A DNA stretch of 64,000 bases from Yuukianura sp. NJ FZ-2021. Its lineage: Eukaryota. The DNA lies in assembly GCA_046563655.1 (NCBI GenBank), contig CM102290.1, forward strand, positions 13,578,001 to 13,642,000, given 5' to 3'. The position numbers were made by a program, and so were the translations under genes. The notes under the pieces are model-generated. The model did not search any database. It was not told the origin of the DNA and saw only the letters and a program-made list of their open reading frames with translations. Each line of letters opens with the position of its first letter. The stretch's first letter is position 1. Shown piece after piece: positions 33,547 to 46,834 of the stretch.

Positions 33547-33775
33547 CAAGGTTCTTTGATAACCGAATTGTATTTCCTACAACAGGTTGTCCAATAAATC
33601 AAGGTTTCCAAAACCTTGGTTCAAACACCTTTTGGCACCGATTTAGCACCAATTCCATTTACATTACATGGGAAAAATACCACAGAAACTCAGATTTCCT
33701 ACGGCCAAACAAATTTTAAAACTTCGTGGCATTGGACAACCTGGTGTAGAAAAAGTTTTTTTTTTCCCAACCTTG
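33547..33775. mobile_element. P-superfamily-like MITE, copy 2
   Basis: caaggtt...caaccttg; colinear with 18792-19020; degenerate 8-bp TSD atcacacc/accacagc. Confidence 0.8.
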
Positions 33776-33804
33776 ACCACAGCAGTAAATCACAACATGT
33801 CAGG

Positions 33805-33912
33805 AATGTTGGTGCTGCATGCTGTTAAAGTGTGCTGATGCTGGATGTTGTTAAAATGTGCTGATGCTGGATTTTGCTAAATTACGCTAATGCTGGATGC
33901 TGCTAAAGCGCT
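33805..33912. repeat. ~27-bp minisatellite (gtgtgctgatgctggatgttgttaaa, about 4 units)
   Basis: Directly visible diverged tandem units. Confidence 0.75.
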
Positions 33913-34884
33913 CCATGACAACTGGGATGCGCAACCTAATTCTGACATTCAGAATTTGATTGAGACGTGAACGCCGTAGCATTCTTTGTATTTGATTACT
34001 GAAGCGCTGCAGGAACATTAACCTGGTTACTTTTCATGTTGCCTCATCCATGCTCCATTGGCGTGTCAATCCAATTTAAGTGTCAAAAACGTACTTTTGT
34101 TTCCGTGAACTTGATTTTCATTGTGATCTCGAACAGGGCATCTCCACTCCATTGTTCGCAGATTCAAAAAACCGTGAGATGGGCTTGACGCAGCATGACG
34201 ACGCTCAAGCTATGGTTGACGAGGGAGAGAACTTTACGAAAAAAGTCAAAACAATGTCATTTCTGAACTAACTTACTAAAAAAAATTTGAATTTGTTGTG
34301 CGTACTTACGGTTTTTTTTTGAATTTGTTGTGAATTTTTAGGCTTTTAGGTCTTCAACTAAACAATTAATTTGCATCTCTGATCAGCTTCAGCGATTCCT
34401 CCTATTTTTCCGAGTCCTTATAGCTTAGGAACGCCTAAATTTTTAGTTTTTCTTATTTTTAGTCTTTTGTTTTATTGGCTGAAGATGAAGAAAAAGCCGT
34501 GGGATGTTAGAAAAGACAAAAACGGCTTTTTTCCACGGCTCGCTGATTGCACATCATGGCGAGACTTCTGTTCCCGTTGCTCCCACCCCCGGTGAATCCG
34601 TGGACAGTTGAGCCAATGTCACTGGCACAAAAGGACCAAACAAAGTTAGGAAGCACTGCTAGTAGTCACCCAGTTGAAACCTCAGCAGGAAACATCACCG
34701 CCACTTCAGTTACTTCCGTTCCACGGTGCAGACGGAGTCAAACCACTACTGCGGTGGATCCATGCCTCACAAACTGAGATTTAGCTCAATTAGTTTAGTT
34801 GTTTAAAAAACGACCAAATTCTGGACTTTCTGAATTCTGTTGTTAAAGTTTACTCGTGAGACTTTTTTTTGAAACTTTTTGAAA

Positions 34885-37800
34885 ATGTCTGGAAAGTGCA
34901 TTTCAGTAACTGCTGTGTGTCTACTGGTTCTTGGATGCTTAGTGGGCATAAGTGTCATTTTGTTTCAAGATCCTACGGAACAGTCATTTGCACCCCAAGA
35001 AACGTCGTATTGGCCCAACAGACAAAAATCGGTAAGAGTTGAATACTGCGTGAGCATGGAGCAGCAAGGTTTGTTGATTTCATTTGCTTTAAGAGGGTGC
35101 GTAATACCTTATGGTTTTTTTTTTAATTTGACAAAAAAGTTTGAGTTGCATTTCTGGGTAACGTAACCATAACATTATAAATGATTTTTTATACAATTTA
35201 GGAAGTTGGTACCAAAACTTTTATTTTTTGAAATTGGTACCAATGGTACCAATTTTAAAATTTCAAAATGTGATTAATTTGGAGGTATCACGCAACCTGT
35301 TAGGAAGAGTAAACGGTTGTCAAGTAACCTTGGAGTTTTCCAAAGTACTAGAGCCGTGGCCTATGAAATTTAAATTTTGTTGACCTTTGACCCGCCTCCA
35401 GGACCGCCAAGACGCTGTTCCACCTCGGAGCTCAAGTTCTACCGCAAAACCACTTCAATTTCAACAACCGTTTTCAGGACACAATCAAAATTTAAACAGT
35501 AGGCGTAAACATATCAAAAATATGACGATGTCAGAAGTTTCAACAGCTAGAACGCCCTCTGCCATTTCAACTCCTCCCACACCAATGTCAAATTCACTGC
35601 CACATTTTCATCAAAACTCACCAAGTCCCTCAGTGCCCTTGACATTGGAGGAAGGGGGGCCCTTGGCCAAGGACAAGCCAGAACATGAAGGACGCCTAAA
35701 AATGGTCCTTGGAGATGAGCGGACTGCTGATGTCCAAGAAGGGCAGATGCCTTTGGAAGTGTCTCCTCCAGAGTCTTATGAAGATTCGTATTCTGAAGGG
35801 GAGGGCCCTGGAGACCCTGAAGATGAAGAGGAAGAGGACTGGGAGTCAGCTGAACTAAATGAACTTCTGGATTTGGCAAATCGACTCTACACTTCGGATA
35901 TCAACACAACAGATTTCCAGGGATTTCTGCAAGTAAAGTTCAAATTATTGCTAAAACTTTCACTTTTCAGGAATTTTTGTGGCTTTCATGATTTTGGAAT
36001 ACAAAAAAAAATGTTTTTGACAGATCGTCAATGAAACGCTGAACAGAGGAGGTCAAGTTGGATTTCTGAATCATTTGAATCAACTCTACGCTCGACCGGC
36101 ACTAAAAACAGAATGGCCAAAATACTAAAAAAATTAAAATATTACAGTGGAACCCCTTGTTGTGCAACTCGCTCTGATTGGTTGGTTTGAACTAGGCTTT
36201 TCCCGGCTCCGAATTTTTAACACGTCTGAGACATTTCACCAGCGTTTTGTTAAATTGCTCAAAAAAGTTAAGCTTTACGGTATAAAACTGAAGTTTTACG
36301 GTATCTAACTGTTATCAGTGGCGGGGCAAAAAGTTGCACAATGAGAGGTTCCACTGTACTCAAAAAGAGAATGAAAATTTTAATTTTTCTTTTAAAATCT
36401 TACAGACTGATCCGGATCAGAATCTAGGTCAAAGTTCAAGTTCCGTTGGCGTGGGTCGAAATGCCTATGAAAGCTCATTGACAGCTTTTGCATTTATGTC
36501 CTTTGGAGTTTTCCTACTCAAGCAAATTCACAGTCTCATTGGGAAGACAGCAAGTACGGAAATAGTGGAAGGACGCCACTTCAAACCGCCATCTTTTGAG
36601 AGCACTGCTCTCAACATTCTGTTCAATCCACCAGGCGGATCTGAATCTTCTTCTGGAAACAGCCCTGACACAAGTCGGCATTACGAAAACGCTCAGCCCG
36701 GTAACCCTGACGACGTGAACAACATGTTTCGAGCGCTATTGAATTTGGTCAATGCTTACACCAAGGACTCTCAAGCACTCGAGTGTATCTGGGCCAGCTA
36801 CTGCCAAGACCTGGACAACACATCGGCCAATGAAGGACTTTATGGAATTGCTGCCAGGATTAACAGGTACACCTCATTCGCTAAATAAGAAACTAAAAAC
36901 TTCAACCCATTCTTCATCCTTGTCATTGGCCTCAATGAGGCTTCTTTTATGGCCGCACTGAGGCCTCATTGAAAGGGAATGGAGAAAGGTTTGAGGTTTT
37001 TAGTTTCTTATTTAGAGAATGTACTGTAAAACTGAAAAATTTTCTGCAAAAACAACAAAAAGCTTAAGAAATAGGAAAATTTGATCTCGTTCATTTAATT
37101 TTTGCGCAGAAAAATTTGGTGCGTTATTTTTCCATTTATTCTGAACAAGTTTTAGTTTCTTCTGAATTTTCGTTTCTTCCGAATTCTCGTAGATTTCTTG
37201 CAGAAAGTTTCATTTTGTGTAAGGAAAGGAACGGAAGAGGAGCTTAGTGATGATAATTGGAACGGGAACCAATTGTAACTTTGATAATTTGTAAAGGATT
37301 GATGACTTTCTGATGAAGTTGGATTGTCTAGAGATTTTTAGAAAGCATTCATCTTCCCCTTCCTAGCTCACCATAATCCTCATTCCAAATGGTTCAGACA
37401 TTCGCTGGAGTCTGCTGCTCCAGAATACAGTGAAAGTAAGACTCTCCAAACGGTTTCAATTTCCGACAAAGAAATATATGGGTTTGGGAAAAGCTGCGTT
37501 TTAAGGCGCCACACGAGAAGAGCAAAGTCATCATCGGACTTTTAGCACTACAGTTCTCTTGCTCAACAAAGTTCTGGACTCTACGTTAGACCTTCATCAA
37601 ACAAGATCTGATCTGTTGGTTTTCTTTTTCGCAAACACTTTTTCTCCCTCTACACGCTCATAATTCAATTCTTCCGGAGTTTGGCGTAGTTTGCTTACTG
37701 CAATTCTCAACACAGATTCTACCATGCGCATACAAATCCAATTCTTTTCGTACATAGCTTTCTTGTCTATCAAGCAAACGCTCTCAGACACAAAGCAGAA

Positions 37801-38555
37801 CCTGTCAATCTTCCAGTCGCTTCAAAAAACAGAAAGATTCTAATCTTCTTTGAAATCTGTTTCCGCTCAAATTCTTTAACAATGGACATTTTTGATGTGC
37901 TTGTCAGCAGCTGAAACGTAAAATGTTTTGCTGAAATTTTTATAAATGAAAATTCTTGCTTTCCTTGCGTTTTTTTTCTTGAATTTCAAAAATCATTTTT
38001 TGTTTTGCTTGTTTTCAGCATCGGACTGCGTCTAATTATGCATCAAATTTCGGCCGAGCTGACGCTAGATGTGCTCCTAAGATCTCTGCTGGGTTGGGAT
38101 GGTTTGCCGTGCAAAAAAATGTTTCCGCAGTAAGTTTCTCAAAACAAAACGCACAATGTTTTTGATCGTTCGTTTCATGTGAGTGGCTCAGGTTATACAA
38201 TAGCTTCTCCTGCCAGTTTTCCAACATCTTTACGTCTATCTGACAGATTGAATATGAGATTTTTCTTTTAAACTTACTTTTGTATTCTGCGGATGCATTA
38301 GGATGAAGGTTAGAGTAAAGTAGAAGTGTTATGAGTGAAAGTTGACGCTTGGCAGCTCACAATTGCATTGAGGTTGAAAGGTGCTTTTGAGTACTACCGA
38401 GGTGAAAATTATATTTTGTGGTCCATGTGACACATTTCTCGCTTTCTTACGTTTTCTTTAGATGTGACGCTCAAAATTCTACAATGAGCCTCAGAGCTGC
38501 CGCTGCTGGGAACTTGCATCTGTCGCAAACAAAGTTGACTACGCTTCAGGAATAA
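34885..38555 (+). CDS. Uncharacterised secreted/membrane protein with a DM4/DM12-like Cys-containing C-terminus
   Basis: Exons about 34885-35031, 35402-35932, 36024-36056, 36406-36866, 38019-38129, 38462-38555. N-terminal hydrophobic segment, P/S-rich and acidic linker, internal hydrophobic helix (LTAFAFMSFGVFLL), then ECIWASYC...GWDGLPCKKMFPQCD. Family assignment rests on Cys spacing only. Confidence 0.7.
35065..35332. mobile_element. P-superfamily-like MITE, copy 3 (intronic)
   Basis: caaggtttgttga ... caacctgtt ... gttgtcaagtaaccttg; colinear with 51076-51340; TSD not recognisable. Confidence 0.8.
36145..36356. mobile_element. TA-flanked MITE family A
   Basis: ta|cagtggaaccccttgttgtgcaac ... 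gttgcacaatgagaggttccactg|ta. Confidence 0.85.
36875..37021. repeat. Long intronic inverted repeat (foldback, about 45-bp arms)
   Basis: cattcgctaaataagaaactaaaaacttcaacccattcttcatcctt pairs with aagggaatggagaaaggtttgaggtttttagtttcttatttagagaatg; inner tcaatgaggc/gcctcattga also pairs. Confidence 0.85.
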
Positions 38556-38755
38556 GTACGAACCGAAGCTAACGCTAAAAACGCTACTGCAGTTCCTTCA
38601 CTCTACGCTCCTTCGGTGGAATTGCAAGGACGACGTGCGGAATCACAAAGAAATGTGTATAAACTACCAATATCCTAAAATTACTTACTAAAACAAGCAA
38701 AACGGATTTTAAAATGCTTTAAAAGCCTAGTTCTAGTAATTACTTTAATTGCATA

Positions 38756-38871
38756 CCGTAAAACTTCTAATAAACGCCCCAGCGTGTGTGCAAAATTTGT
38801 ACTTTTCCCTCCGCCATTCAATTTACAGTCTGCACTTTAATAGAGACAGCCTTTTATTAGAAGTTTTACGG
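38756..38871. mobile_element. TA-flanked MITE with CCGTA termini
   Basis: ta|ccgtaaaacttctaataaa ... tttattagaagttttacgg|ta (19-bp perfect TIR). Confidence 0.85.
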
Positions 38872-39263
38872 TAATGGATTTAATTTAACTTTTGTTTATG
38901 TTCATTTAAAAAGTTAATTTTCTAAAACAAATTCACAAACTAAACAAAACTATAACATGTCACACGTTTGCATTATTTTTACAAACTTGCAATTATTTTC
39001 GCTGAAAAGTTGTTTTTTTTTAAATAGTTAGGTTAACTTTTTTAGGTTTTGGGAATGGGAAAAAAATGAAAACAAATTAAATTCATGTGTTGTATTTTGT
39101 TGAAACTCTATTATGTTTCTGCTAAAAAAAAAATAAATGGTCGAGAGTGACTTTAAACTTTAAAAGTACTATTTACAAGGTCCCTCGTTCTCAAAGCGAC
39201 TAAAAGCTAAAAAGTCTGTTTTTGAGTGATTCATTTTAATTCTGAAGTGATTATGTGGATGCT

Positions 39264-39332
39264 TGGAGTCAAGGAGTCAAGGAATCAAGGAGTCAAGTGG
39301 CTGTTTGGAGTCAAGGAGTCAAAGGAGTCAAG
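39264..39332. repeat. (GGAGTCAA)n 8-bp tandem repeat, about 7 units
   Basis: Directly visible. Confidence 0.85.
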
Positions 39333-40618
39333 TGAAGGAACAAATATGTCATGGGAATTTGGAAGAACTAACGAAACAAAAGACATGCTCCAGGCTCTTA
39401 ACTTATTTTCTCCAAAAGAAAGTTACTAACAAAAGAAACAAAAACTATTGAATAAAAACTTTTTTGCTCTGTTTGTTACAATTTCAGGAAAATTGCACAA
39501 TTCCCGCTTCAATTTTCTCCAAATTGGAAAAAACAGAAAGCATTTTAGATTATATGTCTCCGAAAATCTAATTTACAAATACAGGATATGTGGCAATAAA
39601 TTACTTTCTCCTTTTCATAAAAGTCATATTTTATTTTTTGTTTGCTTCTCAGCTTTGTTTAATACGTTCTATAATTGATTTTAAAACAATTCCAAAAATT
39701 TGAAACTTTTTATTCAACACAGTGGGGCTTCAAACGCTTTTTTCTGTCGTCGACACTAAACTTATAGTCAACATTGAATAAAATATATTGTCAAAATTTC
39801 TTCACTTTTTCAAAAATATCGATTGAGTGTTACAAAAGTTGGCGACTACTCTTATTCTTTGCTTTCTTTTTGGAACTGTTCAACAGAAAGGTTTTCCTGC
39901 ATTAAAAATTTAAGGCGGAGATTGGAAATGGATCAAACGCCAAAAAAATCAAAGGAACTTGATCTCTCTCAGATTTTGAAAACCGAAAATCCTGTTTATC
40001 ATCACACCAACTTCTGTTTTCCTGATTCCTATTCCACGAAAAACACTAAAGTGCATTGTTCGTAAGTCTTCCTGTAGGGTATGATGGGCTGAGGAGATTC
40101 ACAGGAGAAAGGTGAAATATTGCCCGCCATACGCAGAATATGTTGTTGGAGAAAGCATTTGAAAAATCCTACAGACATTTACTTTAAGAATATTAGCCTT
40201 CATCTCGTTTTACACTGCGTAGAGGTACTTTATCGAAGGGGGCCCTTGACATGGAGCCCTCAAACAAACGGAAAAGCTTCTGATTTGTGCTCGGCGCTCA
40301 AATCCTACTGCCCTGCTAGACAAGGGGCCCTCTAATACGCACCCGACTCACGTTAGCATCTGAGTTATGAGTATGACCTCCAATTTATCATTCCTTTCAA
40401 GCAGTACACACTGTGCATATTGCACAGCTTACAAATCTCACCGGATCAGTCTGTGAAAACACAGTTGAGGAGACGTTGATTATTTTGTGCGATGTAGTAC
40501 CCTTCGGGGGACTTAGCACTGGGTACTTGAGTACCCTTAACCCTAGGCTTATTTAACAAAGGTCTCCATGGATCCAAACCGCCCGAATGCGTTTATGACA
40601 CGGCTTCACGCCGATCAG

Positions 40619-40723
40619 GAGTCCGCCGATCCGTTTTGCTATCACGAGTCCGCCGATCCGTTTTGCTATCACGAGTCCGCCGATCCGTTTTGCTATTACA
40701 AATCCGCGAATCCGTTTTGCTAT
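40619..40723. repeat. 27-bp tandem repeat (gagtccgccgatccgttttgctatcac, about 4 units)
   Basis: Directly visible; yields the HESADPFCY repeats in ORF 40568..40885. Confidence 0.9.
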
Positions 40724-42440
40724 GGAACATTTACGCAACGTTATAAATTAAGGCGGAAAAGTAGAGCGGCGGGAACCGGAAGGAGGTGCTTTCACTTCAG
40801 AACCACAAATGGATGGATCCGAACATGTCAGAAACGGAACAGATTCCCGCTTGAAACTTACTTTTTTTCTACTATTTTCCATTGACAAAGCTCTCCATTT
40901 CATTTTATACAAAACGTAACTGTACTTCCTTCAAAAACTTTCCCAATAGAATAAAATAAAGTACAGACTCATAAAAACAAAGTCATCTCCATTCTCTGGA
41001 TTTCATTTTCTTTTGGTTTGCCACAATACCCGTTTTTCTCATTTTTATAAAATAGAATTCCAATTTTCAAAAACTTTTTTTTGGACATTGGAGCCTGTGG
41101 TTAATGACACTGGTTCCGCTTGGCCAAAATCTTAGTACAGTCGGACCTCTTTGTGCAAAATACAACGCACTAAACTAAATTCCCGTTTTACCAAAAACTG
41201 TTTAGCACAAGGAGACGCACGGAGCTAAAAGATTCAGTTCCGCCGCCTGTTTACGGAAATGCACTGATAAATTGTGATGCCTGGGCTTCAATGCTTTCTT
41301 CCGTCGACAATCTCATGAATACAGGGAGGTTGAAGTGGAAATTTAAAAAGAAGGCGGAATTCCATTGTAGCGGGAATCGTTGTTTGGAAGCAGCAGGGGT
41401 TGTGTGGATGGAATGCCGGAGAAAGTGGAAGTGAAAGTGAACGTGATCCTTGTGGAATGGACGTCTGGCTTTGAGAACAACTTTCTTCCTCAGTCCACAA
41501 TCACACTTTTCCACCACTAGACGCACGCTGAAGGCCCCCCGAAGTGTCTTCCAAGGTCGCCTGACCCCTTGACCCACACTTGACGAAGTCCCTCTGCGAA
41601 TTAACCTACTCAAGTGCTCCCCAGACGAATTGAGGAAATAAGTACCCACTTTTCTCTGTCAGAAGTGCTCTGTCTGTGATATTAACCCGTGCTGGAGCCA
41701 TTACCAATTGAGTTTGAATTGAAGCAAAATGGGCCTTCAACAACGTAATCAATCTCCCTCCACGCCTTCAATTAGTCGCATTTACTGCTGACCACTGTTG
41801 CTCACCTCCTGCTTTCTTCAGTCACGAGGCCTTCTTATACTTGTAAGTTATTTTTTTGAAGTCACCCTAATTCTTAATCTTCATTTTCAAAAAATCCAGT
41901 TTTTGAATTTTTATAACTTTTTTTTCTAAATTTTTGAAAACGTCATTAACAAATCTAGATCCCAAAAACACTTTCCTGCTTTCTGTTGTGTTCCCACTGT
42001 GCTTAAAACTGTTTCAATGGCATGTGAATTTTTAATTTTCGTTTCTGGTTATAAATCCATTATGCATGGCTGGGGTTGAATATGTGAGTGAAAGCAGATT
42101 GACTCCATAGCATATTTGGCTCCTCATGAACTTTTTCTCCTCCAAAGTACTGTTTAATATTCGATCTCATTTTGCCGTTCCTTTGAGCAAGTCAAATTCA
42201 ACAGTGGTTCAATATGTAGCATACCTGTTGGATTTTTGATAAATTACAATCTAATGTCCAACTCTTTTTTGAAACAGAACCCGCGTTTTCTCTACCTACT
42301 GCTTACTTCTTAATTAAAACACAAAACACATAACGTTAAAAACTACCAAAGACTGAAAAGTACCTGAAATTATAATGAGCAAAACAAGAGAAAGTTTTGT
42401 AGGGGCTGCTGGTTTGACTAGTCCTGTAAGAGCATTTTTA

Positions 42441-42654
42441 CAGTAGAACCTCTCATTACGCAACATACCATGATTGGTTCGTCTGAAAACGAGTTCTAGC
42501 GGGTATTGTACGGCTCCGAATTTTAACATAGCGGAGAAATTGAACCACCGTGTTGTTTTTTTTAACAAGCTAAATCCCTCCAAAAATTAAGTTTTACGGT
42601 ATTTCACCGTCGGGAGAGGTGAAGCAAAAAGTTGCGCAATGAGAGGTTCTACTG
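42441..42654. mobile_element. TA-flanked MITE family A
   Basis: ta|cagtagaacctctcattacgcaac ... gttgcgcaatgagaggttctactg|ta (24-bp TIR, one mismatch). Confidence 0.9.
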
Positions 42655-44879
42655 TATTATGTATTCTGAAACACAAAACAGTATTTTTTAATGACCGAAA
42701 CTCTAAAGTTTTGAAAGCAGTTGGTTGTAGCTAAAAGCTGTGAACAGAGAGCTTAAAACTTTTAGTTAGTGAAAATAGGCCTTTCTCACTTTCTGTTTTT
42801 GTTTGTAAAATGATTTAAAAAGTTCTTTGATTTCAAAGTAATTTGAAGTTTAAGTTCAAACACAGCCCTTTTTCCCGAATGCTTTAAAATCCAACTGAAA
42901 AGGCGGGTTTCCAAATCCATTGAGCCGAAAATCCTTAAGTGACCTACGGAACAAAAGCAAGAACTTGCCCAAAACTAAATGTCCTTGTAAGCCTTAAGCT
43001 TGAACCAAGAAGAAGGAAAATTAATTTGCGTTTCCCACGCCTTGTCGTCTTGGTTCTCTAGCCAGGAAAGAGACTTATGGAAAAAGCTGGAGAAAGCGTT
43101 CTGTTTTCTTATCGCCTCTGAATTCACTAAAAACTTACTCGGGATTACTTTCTCCTCTCACTTTTCTTCTCCCTATTTACTCATAAGTAAACCAGGGTAG
43201 CAACAGTCTCATCTTGCCCCAAAAAGCAGGACTTAACACAACGACAACCTCCAAACGCTTTACCAACTGTCACTGCAACATAAATAAAAGCTGGAGATTA
43301 GTTTATGAAATATTGGACTTTTGTTTGGATTTTGAATTTTCCCGGGTGTACTTTTACTCTAAAAATATTTCACTTACAAAAATTTCGGAGGGAAAAATGA
43401 GACATTGCGGCTAAAGCCGAACTTTCTTCTTCTTTGCGACGTTTTTTTTTTGGGAATAAAAAAATGAACTAAGAGGTTAAAAATAGGGAGAAAGCTGTAA
43501 GAAAAAAACACAAAAACAAACGAAAAAAGTTTTTAAAATTTTAGAAATTCAGGAAAAAATTTTAAATTATTTCAGTCTTCAAAGTGCGCTGTTGAGAGAA
43601 GTAAGTTCTTCTTCCTTAAGCTTAATTTAAGGAGATTAGGGTGAGCCAACCCAAGACTTTGAATGTTGTTTTCCTCACCCATGAGAGTAACAAAAATGGC
43701 ACTAAAGCCAAGTATAAAAGACAATGGATGATTCTTTTTAGACGTTGAAAAGAGATGACAGGAGATGGAGCAATTATGATAATGGAAAGATCATCATCGG
43801 ATATGATTTGGGGAAAGCTGAATTTGTCTTTTAGGAGATCAGGACGAGGGATCTTCCGCCTGTTGGCAACCATTTCAGTAGAACTGGCGACTGAACATGC
43901 ACATCTCAGACTATGAAACTTTCACTACGAATGTCTTCTGCTGTCAACTTAGTAAAAAGGCGTCCAGACGCTGTTAGCTTTTCACGCCAAAGTCTTATCT
44001 TAATGAAAACCTTTCTTTTTCGCTGTTCCTCAAAAAAGTAAACCAAAAGCGCATTCCCTTTTCACTAAAAACTAATTGTTCATTGTGGACCAGAGAAAGT
44101 GGCGAGAAGTAAAGTTTTTCTTTGGGGATTTTCTCTACTGACGTTGTCATTGTTTTTTGGTGAAGGAAAGACGGCAAACTTTGAAAAGAGAGAAAAGTAC
44201 TTTGGAGAAAGTAAAAAGTGCTTTGGCTTAATTAAGATTAGCACTATACTTTATATACATTAGGTTTTGGTTTCAAAAAGCTCATCTTACTTAAGCCGCA
44301 ACTTAACAATTTATATTCTCATGCTATGCCTTTCTTTTAAAGTGAAGTTTCAAGTTTTAAAAAGTTTTCAAAAAAAAATTGTCATCGTAAAACTTGGGTT
44401 GAGTAATTTACAAAAACGAGTTTAAAAATAAAAAAGTACAGCATGTTCCACAAAATTTTTTGACCAGAGGCCATTGACCATTCTTGAAACTGTAAATTCT
44501 CTGCCAATCAGGACACAACCTGAGATTTGTCCAATCCCATTTGAAAGTTGGACTTTGAATCAATTGACTTGACTCTGCCAAGATTTGAACCTCGAAGAAG
44601 TCACGGTTGTGCCTTCCGTTTGGATCTGGTTTAACCCCTAGGAAATTAATATTGCAGAGCTCCTGGAAGGCAACAGGCAATGCACAATTTATGAGCCGCC
44701 GACAGAAACTCCCTCCTTTTCCAACAGACGAGAAAGTTAATGTTTTCTCTGCTCAAATGAAATTATACATAGACTTCTCATCTTCCCCCGTCGTAATTTG
44801 TGGGTCTCACATCCAAGAATCCAGGAAGAAATAAAATACTGGAGAAAGAACAAAAAACGGAAGACGACACTGGAAGGAG

Positions 44880-45148
44880 CAAGGTTCCTTGATAACGAGA
44901 AGTTAATTTTGTTTAACAGGTTGAGTACTACCTTGCTAGTTGACAAAAAAAAACAAAACAAAAAGTGGCACCAATTCTGGTACCAATCCAAAAAATTGTT
45001 ACCAATTCGCATGAAAAATTTAAAGAATTCGGCTGTATTGTTATGACTACGATGCCCGCAAATGAAACAACACGTTTTTTGTTTGCAAAATCTGAAAACA
45101 TGAGGTATTACTCAACCTGTTAAAGAAAATCAAAGTCAACAAACCTTG
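44880..45148. mobile_element. P-superfamily-like MITE, copy 4
   Basis: caaggtt...aaccttg; perfect 8-bp TSD ggaaggag; subterminal ttaacaggttgagta / tactcaacctgttaa inverted repeats. Confidence 0.9.
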
Positions 45149-45965
45149 GGAAGGAGAGCGCTTCAGGTTCACTTTGTGCAGACGACTGCAACGGACCAAT
45201 GAAAAAATGAGTTGAGTCAGTGGCGGAAAAGCCAACTTTGGCATAGGCTGAAGCAAAAGACGAAGGAATGTGAATGTTCACTTCCGACTTCCGGACTTCC
45301 ACAAAAGACAAAGACAGAAAGTCGTCCTCGGAGAGAAGAAAGTAAAAAAGAATCCGCTGAGAAAAATAGATAATGTACATGAGAGCGCGTCTTCTTTTAA
45401 ATCTTCCCGCCAACTTCCTTCCTGATCACAAAAACTACCAGAGCTGTTTCCAGTGCTCGTAGCCAGTAGGAAGCAAAAGCTTTAAAATGCTTGTTCCGAA
45501 AATGTCGAAACAATGTCAAATCGAGTTACATGAAAAAATCCTGCACTTTTTTTTACAAGTTTCCTTGGAAGTAGAAAAACGGATTTCCGAATTCGAATTG
45601 GAATTCCGCTGTATCAAGAACGTTTCAAATTCCAACGCCAGAACAAATGTAAACAGTCAAAAACGCTACAAAAAAATATGTTTCCTTGATATGTAATAGA
45701 AGTCGACAAGGCCTTAGTAAATTTTGTCTTGCTCCTAAATTCTAAAATTCGTTTGATTTATTCATAGCTCTATGCTTTTTAGAGTCGAGCTACCCCTCGT
45801 TAAGCTTCTTGTTAGTTTCGGGACTTAATAACTCAGGTTGTTGTTAAACAAAAATTATTTCACATAAATTATGCATCGGTGAAAGCTAATCTTAACTCAA
45901 TTTAAGGATTTTATTTTTTTCCAAAAGTAGGCCAGAAAATAATTTGCAGTTGGAAAGCCAAGGTA

Positions 45966-46060
45966 CAGTAGACCCTCTCAAATTGCAACTCACTGTGATT
46001 GGTTAGTTTGATCGGTCTTCCGCCGAGAAAAACAGAGTTGCCATTTGAGAGGATCTACTG
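45966..46060. mobile_element. Short 95-bp relative of MITE family A
   Basis: ta|cagtagaccctctcaaattgcaactc ... gagttgccatttgagaggatctactg|ta. Confidence 0.85.
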
Positions 46061-46834
46061 TACTCCAATACGATTTGATCAAATACAGCCAAAGTGAATT
46101 GTGAAAACGGCTTTAGTTTGAGCAACTTAACACTGTAGTATCCTTTTCACTGATTTCGACTGAATTCTTTTCAATTGAATCCAGTTCGCTTCTTTAGTTT
46201 TGGCTCCTGTGAATCTGGAGCCTGATAAGTTTCTTTTTTCGAAATCTGTTTTTGACAAATGCGTTATAAATTGAGTTAACTACTTTGGATTTTGTGTTTC
46301 CTACTCATTCCTTTTTGTGGAAGTTTAAATCCCAAATAGAATCATCTCCAGAACCTCCTTGCCCTTCCAGCCGATTGAGCAAACGGAAGGTTATCGGGTG
46401 TGGAGAAAGAAGCGGAGCTTTCTCTTGGCTTTCTCCCTTGGCACTCCCACCTCAATCTCATAAATATAAATTCATGATTCTTGGCACTTTTCTCATTTTC
46501 CTATTTTCCCTCCTTCCGATCCCAACCCTTCACGGCTCCTAAACGACTTCAAAAAAGTCTCAATGAACCTCATTTATGTGCAAAATACTTTAACTCATTG
46601 ACCAGAATTCACTGGCACTCCCACGTCCAAATGTCTTCTTTTACTACACGTCGAATTTCTACTACAGCCTAATATGCACTCTTCACATGTTTAGAATTAT
46701 TTGTATCTTCATCTTCATGCAATCGATTCCTACTGTAAAAGTCTGTCGAACTATGGTTTTTAAACCTTAGAGCAACTTGAAGAGCCATTTGAAGTCGTTT
46801 TTGTGTTGTTTTTGAACAGAGGTTGAAGTGGGGC

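Noticed and set aside
40568..40885. HESADPFCY repeat ORF / CRISPR-like look
   Set aside because: Units are contiguous with no unique spacers and no cas genes are present; the open frame follows from the 27-bp unit length.
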